DNA of 64,000 bases from Eledone cirrhosa (lineage: Eukaryota): NCBI GenBank assembly GCA_964016885.1, contig OZ024743.1:263748001-263812000 (forward strand). The letters run 5' to 3'. The position numbers and the translations under genes are program-made. The notes below the pieces were generated by a model. The model worked only from the letters and a program-made list of their open reading frames with translations. It did not search any database and had not been told where the DNA came from. Positions 40,704 to 56,346 of this stretch are shown here, in pieces. Each line of letters starts with the position of its first letter. Positions within the stretch are counted from its first letter, which is position 1.

Positions 40704-42002
40704 ATTTCAGTTTAGTAGTCAGTTACAAATATTAAGCTCTAAGAAAATACTTCTGAGCATTACATTACAATTTTAAAAAATATATGATCAACACTACTGT
40801 GTTTTTATTGCAAAATGATAATAATTTTTTAGCCAGATAGAAATACCTTAATTCAAGTACATATAGTCCGTCTGTATCGATCTAGAGAATATTAAATATT
40901 AAATCTATACTTACAGACGTAAAATGGCAACTGCCTGGTGCCTAGACAAGTTTAAATTTTAAAATTCAATCCTTTTCAGCAGATCGGGCGGAACTTCAAA
41001 ACATAAACCTGTTTCACAAGGGATGGTATACTAATGAAATAATTAATTAATTACGGAACAACTATTTATAAAATAATTATGAGTAAAGCAATCAATTTTC
41101 TGTGATCTTCGGTAGGCACCCAGAAATTAAAATCACTTCTCCTAAGATAATATCTTAAGACTGATCTGTCGCAAGCCTAATACATGTGCTTTTGCACACG
41201 ACCTTCTCAGCATTCTGGCTCATATCCATGGCGCTAGAAATAACAGCCGTGAATATGTGATTATGAATTCAGCTCAACCGGAGGAGCAGATTAATTTCAG
41301 TTTAGTAGTCAGTTACAAATATTAAGCTCTAAGAAAATACTTCTGAGCATTACATTACAATTTAAAAAAATATATGATCAACACTACTGTGTTTTTTTTG
41401 CAAAATGACAATAATTTGTTAGCCAGATAGAAATACCTTAATTCAAGTACATATAGTCCGTCTGTATCGATCTGGAGAATATTAAATATTAAATCTATAC
41501 TTACAGACGTAAAATGGCAACTGCCTGGTGCCTAGACAAGTTTAAATTTCAAAATTCAAACCTTTTCAGCAGATCGGGCGGAACTTCAAAACATAAACCT
41601 GTTTCACAAGGGATGGTATACTAATGAAATAATTAATTAATTACGGAACAACTATTTATAAAATAATTATGAGTAAAGCAATCAATTTCAGTGATCTAAA
41701 TAGTTGTTCCGTAATTAATTAATTATTTCATTAATATACGATCCCTTGTGAAACAGGTTTATGTTTTGAAGTTCCGCCCGATCTGCTGAAAAGGTTTGAA
41801 TTTTGAAATTTAAACTTGTCTAGGCACCAGGCAGTTGCCATTTTACGTCTGTAAGTATAGATTTAATATTTAATATTCTCTAGATCGATACAGACGGACT
41901 ATATGTACTTGAATTAAGGTATTTCTATCTGGCTAAAAAATTATTGTCATTTTGCAAAAAAAAACACAGTAGTGTTGATCATATATTTTTTTAAATTGTA
42001 AT
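40704..42002. repeat. 590-bp unit x1.7 followed by a 300-bp inverted arm, between (TA)n runs
   Basis: 40704 repeats at 41294. 41698-42002 is the reverse complement of about 41355-41669. Confidence 0.9.
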
Positions 42003-42008
42003 ATATAT

Positions 42009-44058
<2,050 letters not shown>

Positions 44059-44074
44059 CTATATATATATGTAT

Positions 44075-44105
<31 letters not shown>

Positions 44106-44192
44106 CAATGTCTATAAATTATTTATTACACTTCATCAGAAAGCTTATAGTATAAGTGTGTGCTTGTTAATGGCTAGAGCCCAATGACAGCA

Positions 44193-44740
44193 TTATGCAC
44201 AATAAGGTGGTATATGAAAACATATAGGATATGTTTATATACAATAGATATATGAAAGCCTCGCTATAAAGAAAAAAATTATTCGTTTGTTATGAAAGAA
44301 AAAAAACTATTTTTCTCTTCTGCTGTGTGAACACGTAACATATTTCTGTTGCTATTGAGAATCCTAGACAGTTAATCTCTCATGACAGACATTTATTCAA
44401 ACGGTACTAAAATGATAATAGACTAGAGCCTATATATATTTGGAATATTGAACATTTGCTGAACATACCCATTTGCCGGTTAGAAAACCTAGACTCTAGT
44501 CTCATTTTCATCTCATTACTGATTGAATAAATGTCCCTGATGATAGATTAACGAATCCTGAAACAGCTGCCCACGAATTCTCAATGGTTCCAGGGATATC
44601 TACGAAATGTTCGGAAAAAGAAAAAGAAAAAATGATTTGTTATAACGAAAAAAATTTTTTTATTTGGATAGCGAGGCTCTCATCTGATTATTATACATAT
44701 ATATCGTATATATTTTCATATACACCCCTATTATGCATAA
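44193..44740. repeat. Old degenerate inverted repeat with an HHR relic; related arm at about 20985-21130
   Basis: tatgcacaataagg..tatatgaaaa..gcctcgctat mirrors atagcgaggc..ttttcatata..ttatgcata. CTGATGA..GAAAcagctg at 44537-44569. Confidence 0.6.
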
Positions 44741-45989
44741 GGCAATCTTAGTGCTGCCTCCAATTAATTACAATCGGCCAAATTCCAATTATATGTAAAT
44801 AGGCATTTCCAACCTATTATTTTTTCTATATGCTATATGCAAATAAGCCTCTCCAGCAAATGTAATATATGCATTGCTCACTTTTTTCAAAAATGTAACT
44901 TGTATCTTAACATATCACCTTTTATTGTTCGATGTTGTAACTCATGTAAAAAAAATGAAAACGTGTTATGATTTTATTATCATTTTCAATATCTTAACTA
45001 TTCATGCGTTATTAATCGAAGGCTTCAAGGTATTTTAAACAATCGCTAATAATAGCTGAGAGCACATTCTTCAATGGCTCTCCTTCACAAGAAGTCTTTA
45101 ATTAATGAAGACATAACCAAGAGCAGAAACTTTTCATCTAATTGAAATTAAGGAGATTCCTGATGAGTGTTTATAATGAGCTTTCTTAGAGCTTTATCTC
45201 ATAGAACCAGAAGGCAGCTCAACGCTTCTTTTAAAATTGACGGTGCAGAAACTGTATTTTTAGGAAGCTAGTTGTATTTTCTATCTAATGCGATGAGCGT
45301 TAATCTAACTGTTAATCAGATCAGCGATCGTTTCAATTGCCGCTAACACCAGCTTCAATTACATTAACTTGCATGTCACGAAATTCTTTTATGCTTTCCC
45401 AAAAATATATGAATTTATACCAAATGTTAAAAATAAAACCCAAATCGTCTTATTCTTTGGGACTGACTTATTACATAACTAACAAATATTGGTTTTATTT
45501 TACGAAAGAGAAACGCAATATGTAGACGGAACTAGCATAACAATTTCTGAAAGTCATATGTTTTCTTATAGGCATTTTTGTTTGAAATGAAATCCTTTAA
45601 ATCCAAAGCCATAGACACAGGCATGTTTGCGTGTTTAAAAATATTGCGAAATTGAGAATGTGTAGAACCCATTGCTGTTGCTAAATTTATGTCACAATTT
45701 AACACACCCACCAGTTCCTTGGGTTTCTTTAGCCGGGTTTACAAGCACTTGAGACAAGCATTGGCTTTTCGATAATGTGCTTGCTTTCTCACACGGTTCT
45801 CCGCAATACGAAAGCGTCTCGTGTCAGTCATTCCGCCGCAATTGCTTTCAAAACGCCACAATAAACGTGTTTCTCTTAAATCTTGCATATTTTTGATCTG
45901 CACAAATATTCTAGATATATTCTGGCTGCTCTGCGACTCAAAAACATTGAGCCACCCACTGATCTCAGACCCATACCCCCACCCGACTC

Positions 45990-48205
45990 CCACCCGACCC
46001 CCACTTGCTCCTTGTGGCTTCTGATGCAGACATCAGGTCCGCCATCAGGTCCTGTCCAGCTAGCAGCTGCGGAGGTGTTGATGGTCTCCGACCAGGCCAC
46101 CTCGAGGAGTTGATATTTCCCCTCTCCACAGAGGCCGGGCGCCGCCTTCTGAGTGCAATTGTGGCGCTCACCAATAGGCTCATCCATGGCGCCCTGTACC
46201 CTTACGCCCGAGGCCACTTTTTTTCGGCCAGCCTCACCGCTCTCAGGAAGAAAGAGGGTTGCATACGCCCCATTGCTGTGGGCAATGTCTTCCGGAGGCT
46301 GGCTGCCAAGGTGATCTGCAAGTCCGTAACACACGAACGGGGTGAAGAGTTTAGTCCGGTGCAACTGGGTGTCGGCGTGTCCGGTGGCTGTGAGGGTGCC
46401 GCTCATGCAACCAGGCAGTTCTTCAAAAGGCTGCCCATCGGAACCGGCATCCAGGGACTCCAGGCACCTTATTGTCAAGCTTGACATGAGGAATGCCTTC
46501 AACTCTTTACGCCGGGATCATCTGCTAGAGGCCTGCCTCAGCTGAGCCCCCTCTGCCTACCCGCTGGCCTACCTGTCGTATGGAGCCCCGAGCATGCTCC
46601 GTGCTGTTGATACAGTCATACCCTCGGCTACTGGGGTCTAACAGGGCGACCATTTCTGTTCGCCCTTGGTATAGACCACATCGGCCGGAGTATCACGGCC
46701 CCTCTCAACGTTTGGTATCTGGATGATGCTACGTTGGGCTGGCCCGTACGTGCTGTCTACAATGACCTTCAATCAGTGGTTCCTGCCCTGGCGGGAATCG
46801 GCCTCCAGGTCAACTCGGCCAAGTCGGAGGTGGTGAATGTCAGCTTCGATGCTGAGAGCTTTGCAGCCTCCGTCTTGGATGTGCGGTCCATTCGCCACCA
46901 GGTTTAGGTGACCCCCAAATAGGATGTCCTCATCCTCGGGTCACCGATCCACCCACCGGCCATCCGCTCCACCGTCACAGTCAGGCTTCAACAACTCCAG
47001 ACTCTCAAGAGCCGACTGGGCTTGATTAACGGCCACCCAGCTGTCTTTCTGCTGAAGAACTGTTTCGCCATACCGAAGCTCCTCTATACCCTTCGCAGCG
47101 CTCCGTGCTACACCCACACATCTCTCTTCGCTGACCTCGATACTTGTATCCGAGCAACAACCGAGGAGATATGCAACGTGAAGTTTGACGACATAAGGTG
47201 GCAACAGGCCACTTTACCTGTCAGGTATGGCGGCCTTGGCCTCCGGTCCCCGATCTCACTAGCTTTGCCGGCGTATCTTTCGTCGGTAACTTCGTGCCGC
47301 GTCCTCGTTAGGAAGGTTCGTCAAAACACAACAGATTCCTCTGGTCGCCTGTGAGACATCGGACCGGCTTGGATTAGTCCAGTAGACGTCTCTCTTCCTT
47401 CTCCTCCTGTTGATGTTAAGTCCCCCCAACGCACTTGGGATGCCATCCAGTGCAACCTGGCCTCAGAAAGGCTCACGTGCCAGCTCAACCAGCACCGCCT
47501 TGCCTGCACTCGTGAGGCCTCCAAACACCACAATGGTGCCTGGCTCCAAGCCCTGCCCTCCATCTCTACTGGCACGCAGCTAGACAAGCATAGCCTGCGC
47601 ATCGGCCTTTCCCTGAGTCTCGGCCTCCGGATCTGCGAGCCACACCAATGTCGCTTCGGTTCCACCATGGACTCTTTCGGTCTCCACCCACTTTCCTGTC
47701 GACACAGTGCCGGCCTCATTCCACGCCATGCTGCCCTCAACGAGGTCATTAAGCATGGCTTGAACGCTGCAGGCTTCCCTTCCCAGCTCGAGCCGGTGGG
47801 GCTGGACCGAGTGGACGGCAAAAGGCCAGATAGCATGACCATCTTCCCGTTCCGCGGTGGCAAACCCCTCGTCTGGAATGCCACTTGCACCGCCACTTTC
47901 TGCAGCCGCAACCTGGTGCAGTCTGCGACTGACCCAGGTTCTGCTGCTCGTTAGGCTGAGGAGGCCAAACTCCTCAAATGACGGTCGCTCTCCGACAGGT
48001 TTGCGGTAGTACCCCTGGCAGTGGAGACTTCTGGTGTCCTCGGCCCCAGGGCTACCACGTTACTCACCACTATAGGCGCTGAGCTGGCCAGCCGCAGGTG
48101 TGAGCCCCGTGAGTTGGAGTGGATTTTCCAGCGCGTCTCCCTTGCCGTCCTCCGGGGAAACGCCTTCTCGCAATCGACTTTTTCACTGGTAAACCTAACC
48201 CTAAG
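45990..48205 (+). mobile_element. CRE-like non-LTR retrotransposon (RT, CCHC, restriction-like endonuclease), disrupted
   Basis: GC-rich. RPIAVGNVFRRL, QLGVG..GGCE, KLDMRNAFNS, WYLDD, QATLPVRYGGLGL, C.FG..D.FG.HPLSC...RH, KRPD, VETSG and QRVSLAVLRGNA. Confidence 0.88.
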
Positions 48206-49143
48206 TAAGACGTTGTGGCATTCAATCATTTTTTAATGCCATTAAAAAGTAATGAGAAAGAAGTTATTTAAGAATTGAGACCAAACGTACGTATGGCAAC
48301 GATGAGGTATCTACGTGATCAATAGCAGCCAAATAACGCCGTTTATGTACTAAAAATTTGAGTGGGTCATGACTGAAACACTTTTTATGACAATTTTGCA
48401 TAAACTCAACAATCGTTGAGTAGGCACATAATCAAAGGCATTCTGAACGTGACCATCCTGTTTATTTTGTTGAATCTGGTGAATCTCAGCCTGCATTATT
48501 GAAGGTGTCATTCTCAAAGACCATGTAGATGTTACCACGCTGGCTTGTATAAATGCTTTAAATCAGGATTTTATAAATTGTCTGTGTAAGGTATAGTAAA
48601 GTGAGAGCTTGAAATTAAACATTCGACCCTTTTGAAGAACACAATGCAACCAATTCTCCTTCAAGGTACAATAAGATTGAAACATTGAATATGTAACTGA
48701 AAAACAATGGAATAAATGACTAGACTTTTAGTATTGAAATTTAAACTGTTTCAACTTAATAAATATTTCAATATTGTTACATGTAATGTAAATAAGAATA
48801 AAATTACTGACGAAAAAAGAAACGTAAGATGAAAGAGAAATGTTATGAGATTAGTTTTATTATATTGAAATTTGTATGGAGCTATATTATAAAAACAGGG
48901 TCGGTGATTTTTTTTCATTTACATTTCATCTAAACAGCTTTTATGTGTGTTACACCAATATTTATTGTCAATGTACTGAACTACTAGTATGATAAACATG
49001 TTATTATGTATACATACACACGCTCACAACACACACACACACACACACAGACACATACACACACATATATACATAATTATTATCGTACGACTATTAATAC
49101 TGTTCTATAAGATTGTTCCATTGTTAAACAATAGACGACAAGC

Positions 49144-49227
<84 letters not shown>

Positions 49228-49385
49228 CGAAGGAAATGTGGTAAGGAACCAGGTGGACCATAACGCACCAAAGTACTCAATACTTGGGGTAGTAGAGTGG
49301 GTAATAGGAACCAGTAAGACCCCGACGGCTGAGCTCAAGCCTTCGAAACGGCTTGAGCTCAGCCGTCGGGGTCTTACTGGTTCCT

Positions 49386-49462
49386 ATATATATATATATA
49401 TATATTTAAAAGAATAGAGGTGTAACACACGAGTTATGATATATTGGTAAAAGGAAAAGAAA

Positions 49463-49501
<39 letters not shown>

Positions 49502-49754
49502 TAAAAGGAAAAGAAAATGCTGACAAATTGTTCCCAGTGAAAAATAGTTTAATTAGGAATAAGTAAAACTTAGTAATAAGTATTGGTTAGTATTCAGTTT
49601 TGGTTTTAAGTTTTTACCGGTTGCGCATTTCTAATGCTTTTCAAACGTAATTTTGAAATAGAGCGCCCGTGATGTTTGCTCTAATCTGTTTTGAAAAGCA
49701 TTAGACATGCGCAACCGGTAAAAACTTAAAACCAAAACTGAATACTAACCAATA
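49386..49754. mobile_element. 3' tip of the 32221-35850 PLE family with a short fold-back
   Basis: Matches 35600-35845 in reverse. 49689-49754 mirrors 49580-49648. Confidence 0.8.
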
Positions 49755-49755
49755 G

Positions 49756-52690
49756 GTGGGGGGTTCTTCCATATATGAAGAAATATAAGGCAATAAAATG
49801 AAGAAAACAGAAAATAAATAATATAGAGAATAAAGAATAAATGAAAAATTAATGAAAAATTAATGAAAAAGTAATGAAAATGAATATGGAGAAGTGAAAA
49901 ATAAAATGAAGATTCAAATAAAGTAAGATAAAGTGTGTCTGTGCTATAACCAATATCAAGGTCAGAAATATGTTGGATAGATTGGTATGAGGAACAAGAT
50001 AGTGAAAGAATAAGATAATCAAATAAAATGTGTTTGTGTTATAACCAATCTCAACTTAAAAATAAATATAAGGTGATAAAGTGAATAGAACAGAAAACAA
50101 ATAAATTAATAATGAGAAATCAAGATTGAAAAATTGAAAAATTGAAAAATTGAAAAATTGAAAAATCAAAAATCAAGTAAATTAAAATGTGTGTGTGTTA
50201 TAAAGATGTTGGCCAAATTATAATGGCTGTGTCAGAATCAATCTCTAGGCTATCATGGTGTCTGCTCAGCCTGGGTTGGTCCCTATGGCTTGAGGGGAGT
50301 TCTCAACCTAGGGTGTTGTTATTGCCCATATAGCTTGAGGGAGATCTGGCCGAGAGGTGTCTAGATGTTCTGGAGAAGTCCCTATAGCTTGAGGGGAGTT
50401 CACATCTTCTTGTGTTGCTACTGTCCATATATCTTGAGGAAGGTCCCGGCCCTGAGGTGTCTGCATGTCCCGAAGAAGTCGGTCCTGAGGTTTATCAGGC
50501 CGCTTCCACCTCTTAGTATCTCGAGGGTCTCGTTCAGGCATAGTTTGTATATGCAAGATCCCCCTTTATCGGGTGGTACTTTCCTGATTATGTACCAGGC
50601 CAGAGAGTACGGGGTCCTGTCCAGCTTAAGCTTTCAGATCAGGTCGGAGAGAGCCGTGCTTTTCCTTTTGGCCTCCTTATTGAAGGAATGGCGATTGTTG
50701 TACCAGCGGTCTTTAAAGCTCGTTGATGTGGCTCCTATGTAGAGGTGTTCGGAGTTGGGGTTTTAACCCTACAACCGTATACTAGGTTCTTCTTAAGGCA
50801 TTCATTACCAAGGGGGCATGATTCGGGGTTTCTGCAGTTGCAGAGGGTAGTCGACCTCTGCGTGTCTAGATCGGGGTTCCTGTTAGGTGTTACATGGTGG
50901 TCTTCCCCCAGGCACGGTACGGGGGTCCCCGGGTCTCTTTGGGTGTCTTGGGTGGACACTGGGTTCCCCCTTCCCTCCTTTCACATGGTTCTGCTGAGTG
51001 CTTGTATTGCCATCTTCTGGTTGTGTGTGGTTTTTAAGCCTAGTCCTGTTGATGTTAGCTATGTGTTGGGCCAGATTTCTCGTGGTGGAATACGAGAGCT
51101 TCACAGTGTGTCTGTGGAAGATCCTGTGGTATCTATGGTACCTCGGGAAGCATTTATCAAGTGCTCCAAAGAATTATCGGTCCAAGCTGTTCTTTAGGGC
51201 TGCTGAGTAGGGTGGGTTGTACCTCGTGATTTTTCTGTGTCTCCTCCTATATGTGTGGGTCGGGGGCGTCGTGAGTTGTTGGAGATTTGTTGGGTTGCTG
51301 GTAGTTCCCGCACTGTTGCTTCCCCTTTGGGCGCTATGCGTTTTGCTATCTTCACGGCCCGAATCTGTGGGGTGGTCATTGCCCGCGCTGGGAGATCTAT
51401 CGTGGGGTGGTCCCCCGTTCCTCCCAGGTGTCCTGCGGTTGGGGTCGTATCCTGTCCTGGGGTGGTTATGTCACCTCTGAGACTGCTACTCATATTGGGT
51501 TTCATCTCATGGTTAAGCGTACTAGTCACCAACGCCCGTGTGGTGGTGTCGGGCTCATGGTGCCTATTTGTTTCTGTTCTTCCTGTATTGCTAGGTTTCT
51601 CCCCCCCCCCCCCCCACCCGGGCAACGCGGGAGTGGGTGTCCGTTGGGCCATCCCCATCTCGGCGTTTCGGACTATATGTTATATTTTGGCCATGTGCCG
51701 CCTTATTTAGAGCTGCATTGTAATATTCCGTGTTGTTATCGAATATTTCCTTACTTGCGGACAGGCTGGAGATCCTGTCCGAGACACTCTTCTCCCCTGC
51801 CTTGGTTATGGATCTAGGGTGGTTTGATTTGGCGTTAACATACACGAGTTTCTCGTTGGGCAAGTGGTAGGGGTAGTATTGTTCGGTGTTCAGGCTTAGG
51901 GTGGTGTCTAGGAAGTTAACTACCTTCCTATTTGGGTCTAGTTCTATACTGAGCCCCTGGTTCTTAAAGAAATGGCAAATACGCCTCCCTATTCCCTCCC
52001 ATATATTGGTGCTGTGGTCATATACTGTGAATAGAGCATCGTCACGATATAATCCGCCGCCCAGGCAGGGGATTTCATCTCTTATCTGCTTCAGCAGGAA
52101 GAGCCCAACCAGGTCCGTTACCTGTGCTGAGTCGCTGGAGCTCATCGTGATGTCAAAGTTATTTGGCCAATCACTCCTGGTCCAAAGGTCTCCATCGAAA
52201 CGGATTAAGGTCTTTCTGGCGGCGTGGATGATGCTCACCTCCACTCGGGTTAGGTCCGTATTGGACATCGCTAAAAATAGGGCCTTATTGAGTACTATGG
52301 GTTAGATTGAGGAGTAGTAGCTTGCGATATCCAGTTGTATAAAGCTGCTCTTACTTTTCTCATGTAGTATCTTAAACCATTCTATTACTTCTCCCGTGCA
52401 TGACCATTGCTGTAATTTAGTTTTCTTCCGAAGCTTGGGCAAAATCCTATCTAGTATTCTTTTACTGACGATCCCTAGGTCAGATCGAAAAAGGTACTCC
52501 ATGTTTTGTGTGTTGGTAATTTTTTGCGTTCCTCTTTCGAAGTGGAACGCCTTCCATCTCATCCTACGGACGATGGAGTCCGTACTCTTGATGAGATCAC
52601 TGGTGTATTCTCGTTTGTCAGGTAGGGGATGTCTTTCAGTGACGCTAAGGTTGCCAATTTATCCATAGTGACTTAAGTCCGCTAGTGTTT
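49756..52690 (-). mobile_element. Penelope-like element with GC-rich coding region, internally deleted and frameshifted
   Basis: MRWKAFHF, QLDIASYYSSI, GGLYRDDAL, VNFLDTTLSL, SNHP, KLSYST and CNCRNPESCPLGNECLKKNLVY. Confidence 0.9.
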
Positions 52691-52761
52691 GAAGCGCTCA
52701 ACCCGTGGGGGAGCTAGATAAATTTTGTGTATATGTTGGTTGTACACAACCAACATATACT

Positions 52762-52805
<44 letters not shown>

Positions 52806-52811
52806 CTCTGT

Positions 52812-52850
<39 letters not shown>

Positions 52851-52852
<2 letters not shown>

Positions 52853-53040
52853 ATTATTTAATATAGAAATGGCTTCTACAGGACTAGAACTATTTCAGAC
52901 GTTCCTGATGATTTCGTACGAATGAAACAGTTCTACTCCTGTAGAAGCCATTTCTGTATTAAACAATGATGTTTACACTTTACTAATGTATTGAATGCCT
53001 TTTTGACTGTGATTACCTCCGATTTCACGCAGACACTACA
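52851..53040 (+). mobile_element. Short fold-back insert with an HHR-like core in the loop
   Basis: Arms 52851-52897 and 52923-52969 enclose gacgttc-CTGATGA-tttcgtacgaa, followed by GAAA at 52924. Confidence 0.7.
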
Positions 53041-53290
53041 TATACGTATTCATTTTATTAAGGCTAAATAATGAGTCTTTTAACTCTGGGGTTTCGCCTG
53101 ATTATCACGAGGTCACCAAACACTCTAGCGGTCTATGTTTTATTTCCGCCAGGGAAAATCATTCCTATACCTATATTCAGGAGGATAATGTTTATCGAAT
53201 GTTTATCTATACCAACACAACATGATGGAAATATATGAGATCGACTACAGTGCCAAAAACATACCAACAGCAATCAATATGAATTAAACG

Positions 53291-53478
53291 AGGCGGTGGA
53301 TTGGCAGTATCGGTAGAGGGTCGGACGCCATGCTTTCCAGCATACTTACGTCCCTTTACGATCTGAGTTCAAATCCCGCCGAGGTTGACTTTGCCTTTCA
53401 TCCTTACGGAGTCGATAAAATAAAGTACCAGTAATGAACTGGGTTATTGCTCGCCTTGTGCCTAAAGTAGAAACAAAT
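53291..53478 (+). mobile_element. tRNA-derived SINE with 17-bp target-site duplication
   Basis: A and B boxes present. aatatgaattaaacgag occurs at 53276-53292 and 53476-53492. Confidence 0.9.
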
Positions 53479-53597
53479 ATGAATTAAACGAGTATGTAAG
53501 GATTGAAGACACCTACCTCTCTATTACCAATTGTACAGGCCCTGAAAAATCGTCATGGGCATTGCTCTTCTTTCGCTGTCTCAACAATACAAACAAA

Positions 53598-53761
53598 AAT
53601 AATGGTTTCTGATTTTGGCACAAGGCCAACAATTTTGGAGGAGACGGAAGTCAATCAAATCGACCCCAGTATATTACTGGACGGATGAATGGCAAACCTA
53701 ACCTCGACGGGATTTAAAGCAGGGTGCCCGACGCTCTTCCGATACTGCCAATCCACCACCC
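53598..53761 (-). mobile_element. Deleted tRNA-derived SINE
   Basis: Reverse complement of the same family (ccgatactgccaatccacc; ttggcacaaggcc). Confidence 0.78.
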
Positions 53762-54779
53762 TACGAAGAAAAATAATAAAAACATAATATATGTTCTTAG
53801 TGCTTGCAAGCTGAATTGAAAACGATCTACGGAATCACTCGAATATGTTCGACAACCAAATCCACTTTAATTTTGGGTTTTCTATATTTTCCAGAAAAAT
53901 TCGTTAATTTATTGTATTGGAATTATCTTCCTTGCTCTATGTTGTTAGATTTTAATATCTACTGGAGTTAGTTTTCATCTATTAATTGCACGAGTAAGGC
54001 TTGTTAATCGAAGTATTTCTACGTAGTACATTGTTTATAAGGCACAATATCTTATTTAAATGAAGGAAATTCTTTAACTTGTTTTACTGGTTTCAGTCAT
54101 TGGTATATGGCTATGCTAGAATACCTCATTTTACAGAACCAAAATCCATAACATTATTATGATATTTCCTCACACGTTGATTGCTGAATTATTGCAACTA
54201 CAGTTAAAATAAAGAGAATCCGTGTTCAGATCCTCATTCTGTCGGTTCATAACGGTTTGATGTTTTCCTTTAGTGTTTCTTAGTTTTCAATATATTAGAA
54301 ATGCATTTCAATCTGGTTTATCTAATATAACATGTGACATTTGTTTGTCAAGTTTGTCACAGGTAACTTTCGTTAAAACCGCTCATATCTATTTCACGAA
54401 ATTTACAAATTTGAAGAGGGGAAATTGTGTGGGAGTTTGTAGTTGGAATATGAAAATATAAAGTGAAATTTTTGCGGTACCTGTAGTACAAATGATTCGA
54501 CATCATTACGCAACATCTGACTTTTCAAAAAACAATCCATCTAGAAGTATAAACGAAAGTAACATAGAATATAGGTAAGTCATTCATTTCTATAGATATG
54601 TTCAGAAGATGATTTAAAGTTGAAAGCGAATATTGTAGGAGTGAACAATAAAGTTCATTTATTGTGAGATAACATTCATCATCAAAAGATAAAGACGATA
54701 CCTAGCCAATTTTAACAGAGGAATCTACGAAGCAAAGGAAATGAATTAAATCTACTTATTTATTTATATATTTATCCAT

Positions 54780-54814
<35 letters not shown>

Positions 54815-55841
54815 TATGTCGGAAATGAACAATATCATCATAGGTTACTTATATTCACTAGCCCCCTCACTTGTATATTGCATTTGAAACCCGGGAATAT
54901 GAAGGGAGTATCTGAAACTCGATGCACAAGAATTATCTTACGGGTCGTAGTTCATACAACACCGTTTTTGTTTCTGTTTCTCGCCAATGTTTCCACACAT
55001 ACACACACACGCACGCGTGATTGGACTAGGCGCACACTTTCTATTAACTAACATCCACTCACATGGTAATATAAGAAAACAATTGTTAACGGTGCAGTGC
55101 AGTGGGATCGAATCCCATGATACACGTGGTTGCGAAGCAAAATTCTTAACTTGATATCCTGCATCATAACTCCGACCAATCGAGACCTTCCACAATGAAG
55201 AATGAAATATCCTACAAAAAGACTCATCATAGTACATAGAGCGTTTATTTGACCCTAGATCACTGAACAGAGTTCAAGAAATATATTTTACTAGTTTAAA
55301 CATTGAATCCTCTAAGGCAACGATGGGTGAATCGAAAAAATATGTATGAAAAATCAAAACTGATGTTTAAGAGTTATGTCTCTACGACATATTATTTTTC
55401 TTGTTATGTGAAGAAATATGAGAATAGAAAAACTGCAACAATAGAATAATAAAATGTTGTAAAAAATATATATACCGAAAAATAAAAAGCAAAATATATG
55501 CTGAGAAGTAGGTTCTGTCGTGATTTGGTTTGTTGGAGATATGAAATTTTGCAAAAGATATATATCATAAGGTTTATATAGCTTTGAACCATTCCTTGGT
55601 GAGCGGGGAATTGACAATGTTTATTCAGAAGTTGATAGATCCGCTAAAAGTGATAGCAATCGATGTGTAAGCTTCCTGTGGAGTACACACATATGTCGCC
55701 ACATACAGAAACGCACAGAGGCATACACAGACACGCACAAAACGATGCATTAATAAATATAGACATATAGAGAGAAGGAACAAGAAACGTATACAACATA
55801 TTCGACACATACACATGTACATACTTGAGTGCATGCTTCTA

Positions 55842-55894
<53 letters not shown>

Positions 55895-55931
55895 GTGTCT
55901 GTGTGTGTATGTGTGTGTGTCTGTGTGTGTC

Positions 55932-56002
<71 letters not shown>

Positions 56003-56256
56003 ATGTATGTGTGTGTGTGTGTGTGTGTATATATATTTTATATATGCATTATTGTATGTGTTTTCACCAGGCATAATTTATGTTTCTCTTGATCAAATCT
56101 TTATGATTATACAGATAGATATATAGATAGATAAATAGATGTATCACCTAGGGTGGTACTCCCCGCCCCATATATGCCTTATTGCATATGTTTATACCTT
56201 GCATAATTCATACTTTTCTTGGGAACATCTTTATGACTATATATATATATACACAC

Positions 56257-56346
<90 letters not shown>

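Noticed and set aside
41270-41345. Twister-like motif (ttaa...cagttacaa)
   Set aside because: I could not build the pseudoknot pairings by eye.
45160-45215. CTGATGA as a hammerhead (also at 37482)
   Set aside because: No stem II-GAAA-stem III arrangement follows.
48350-48600. RT remnant (NAFDYVP) on the minus strand
   Set aside because: A single degenerate motif is too weak to classify.
54465-54580. Exon ending at AG|gtaagt
   Set aside because: Short frame, no convincing acceptor and no homology cue.
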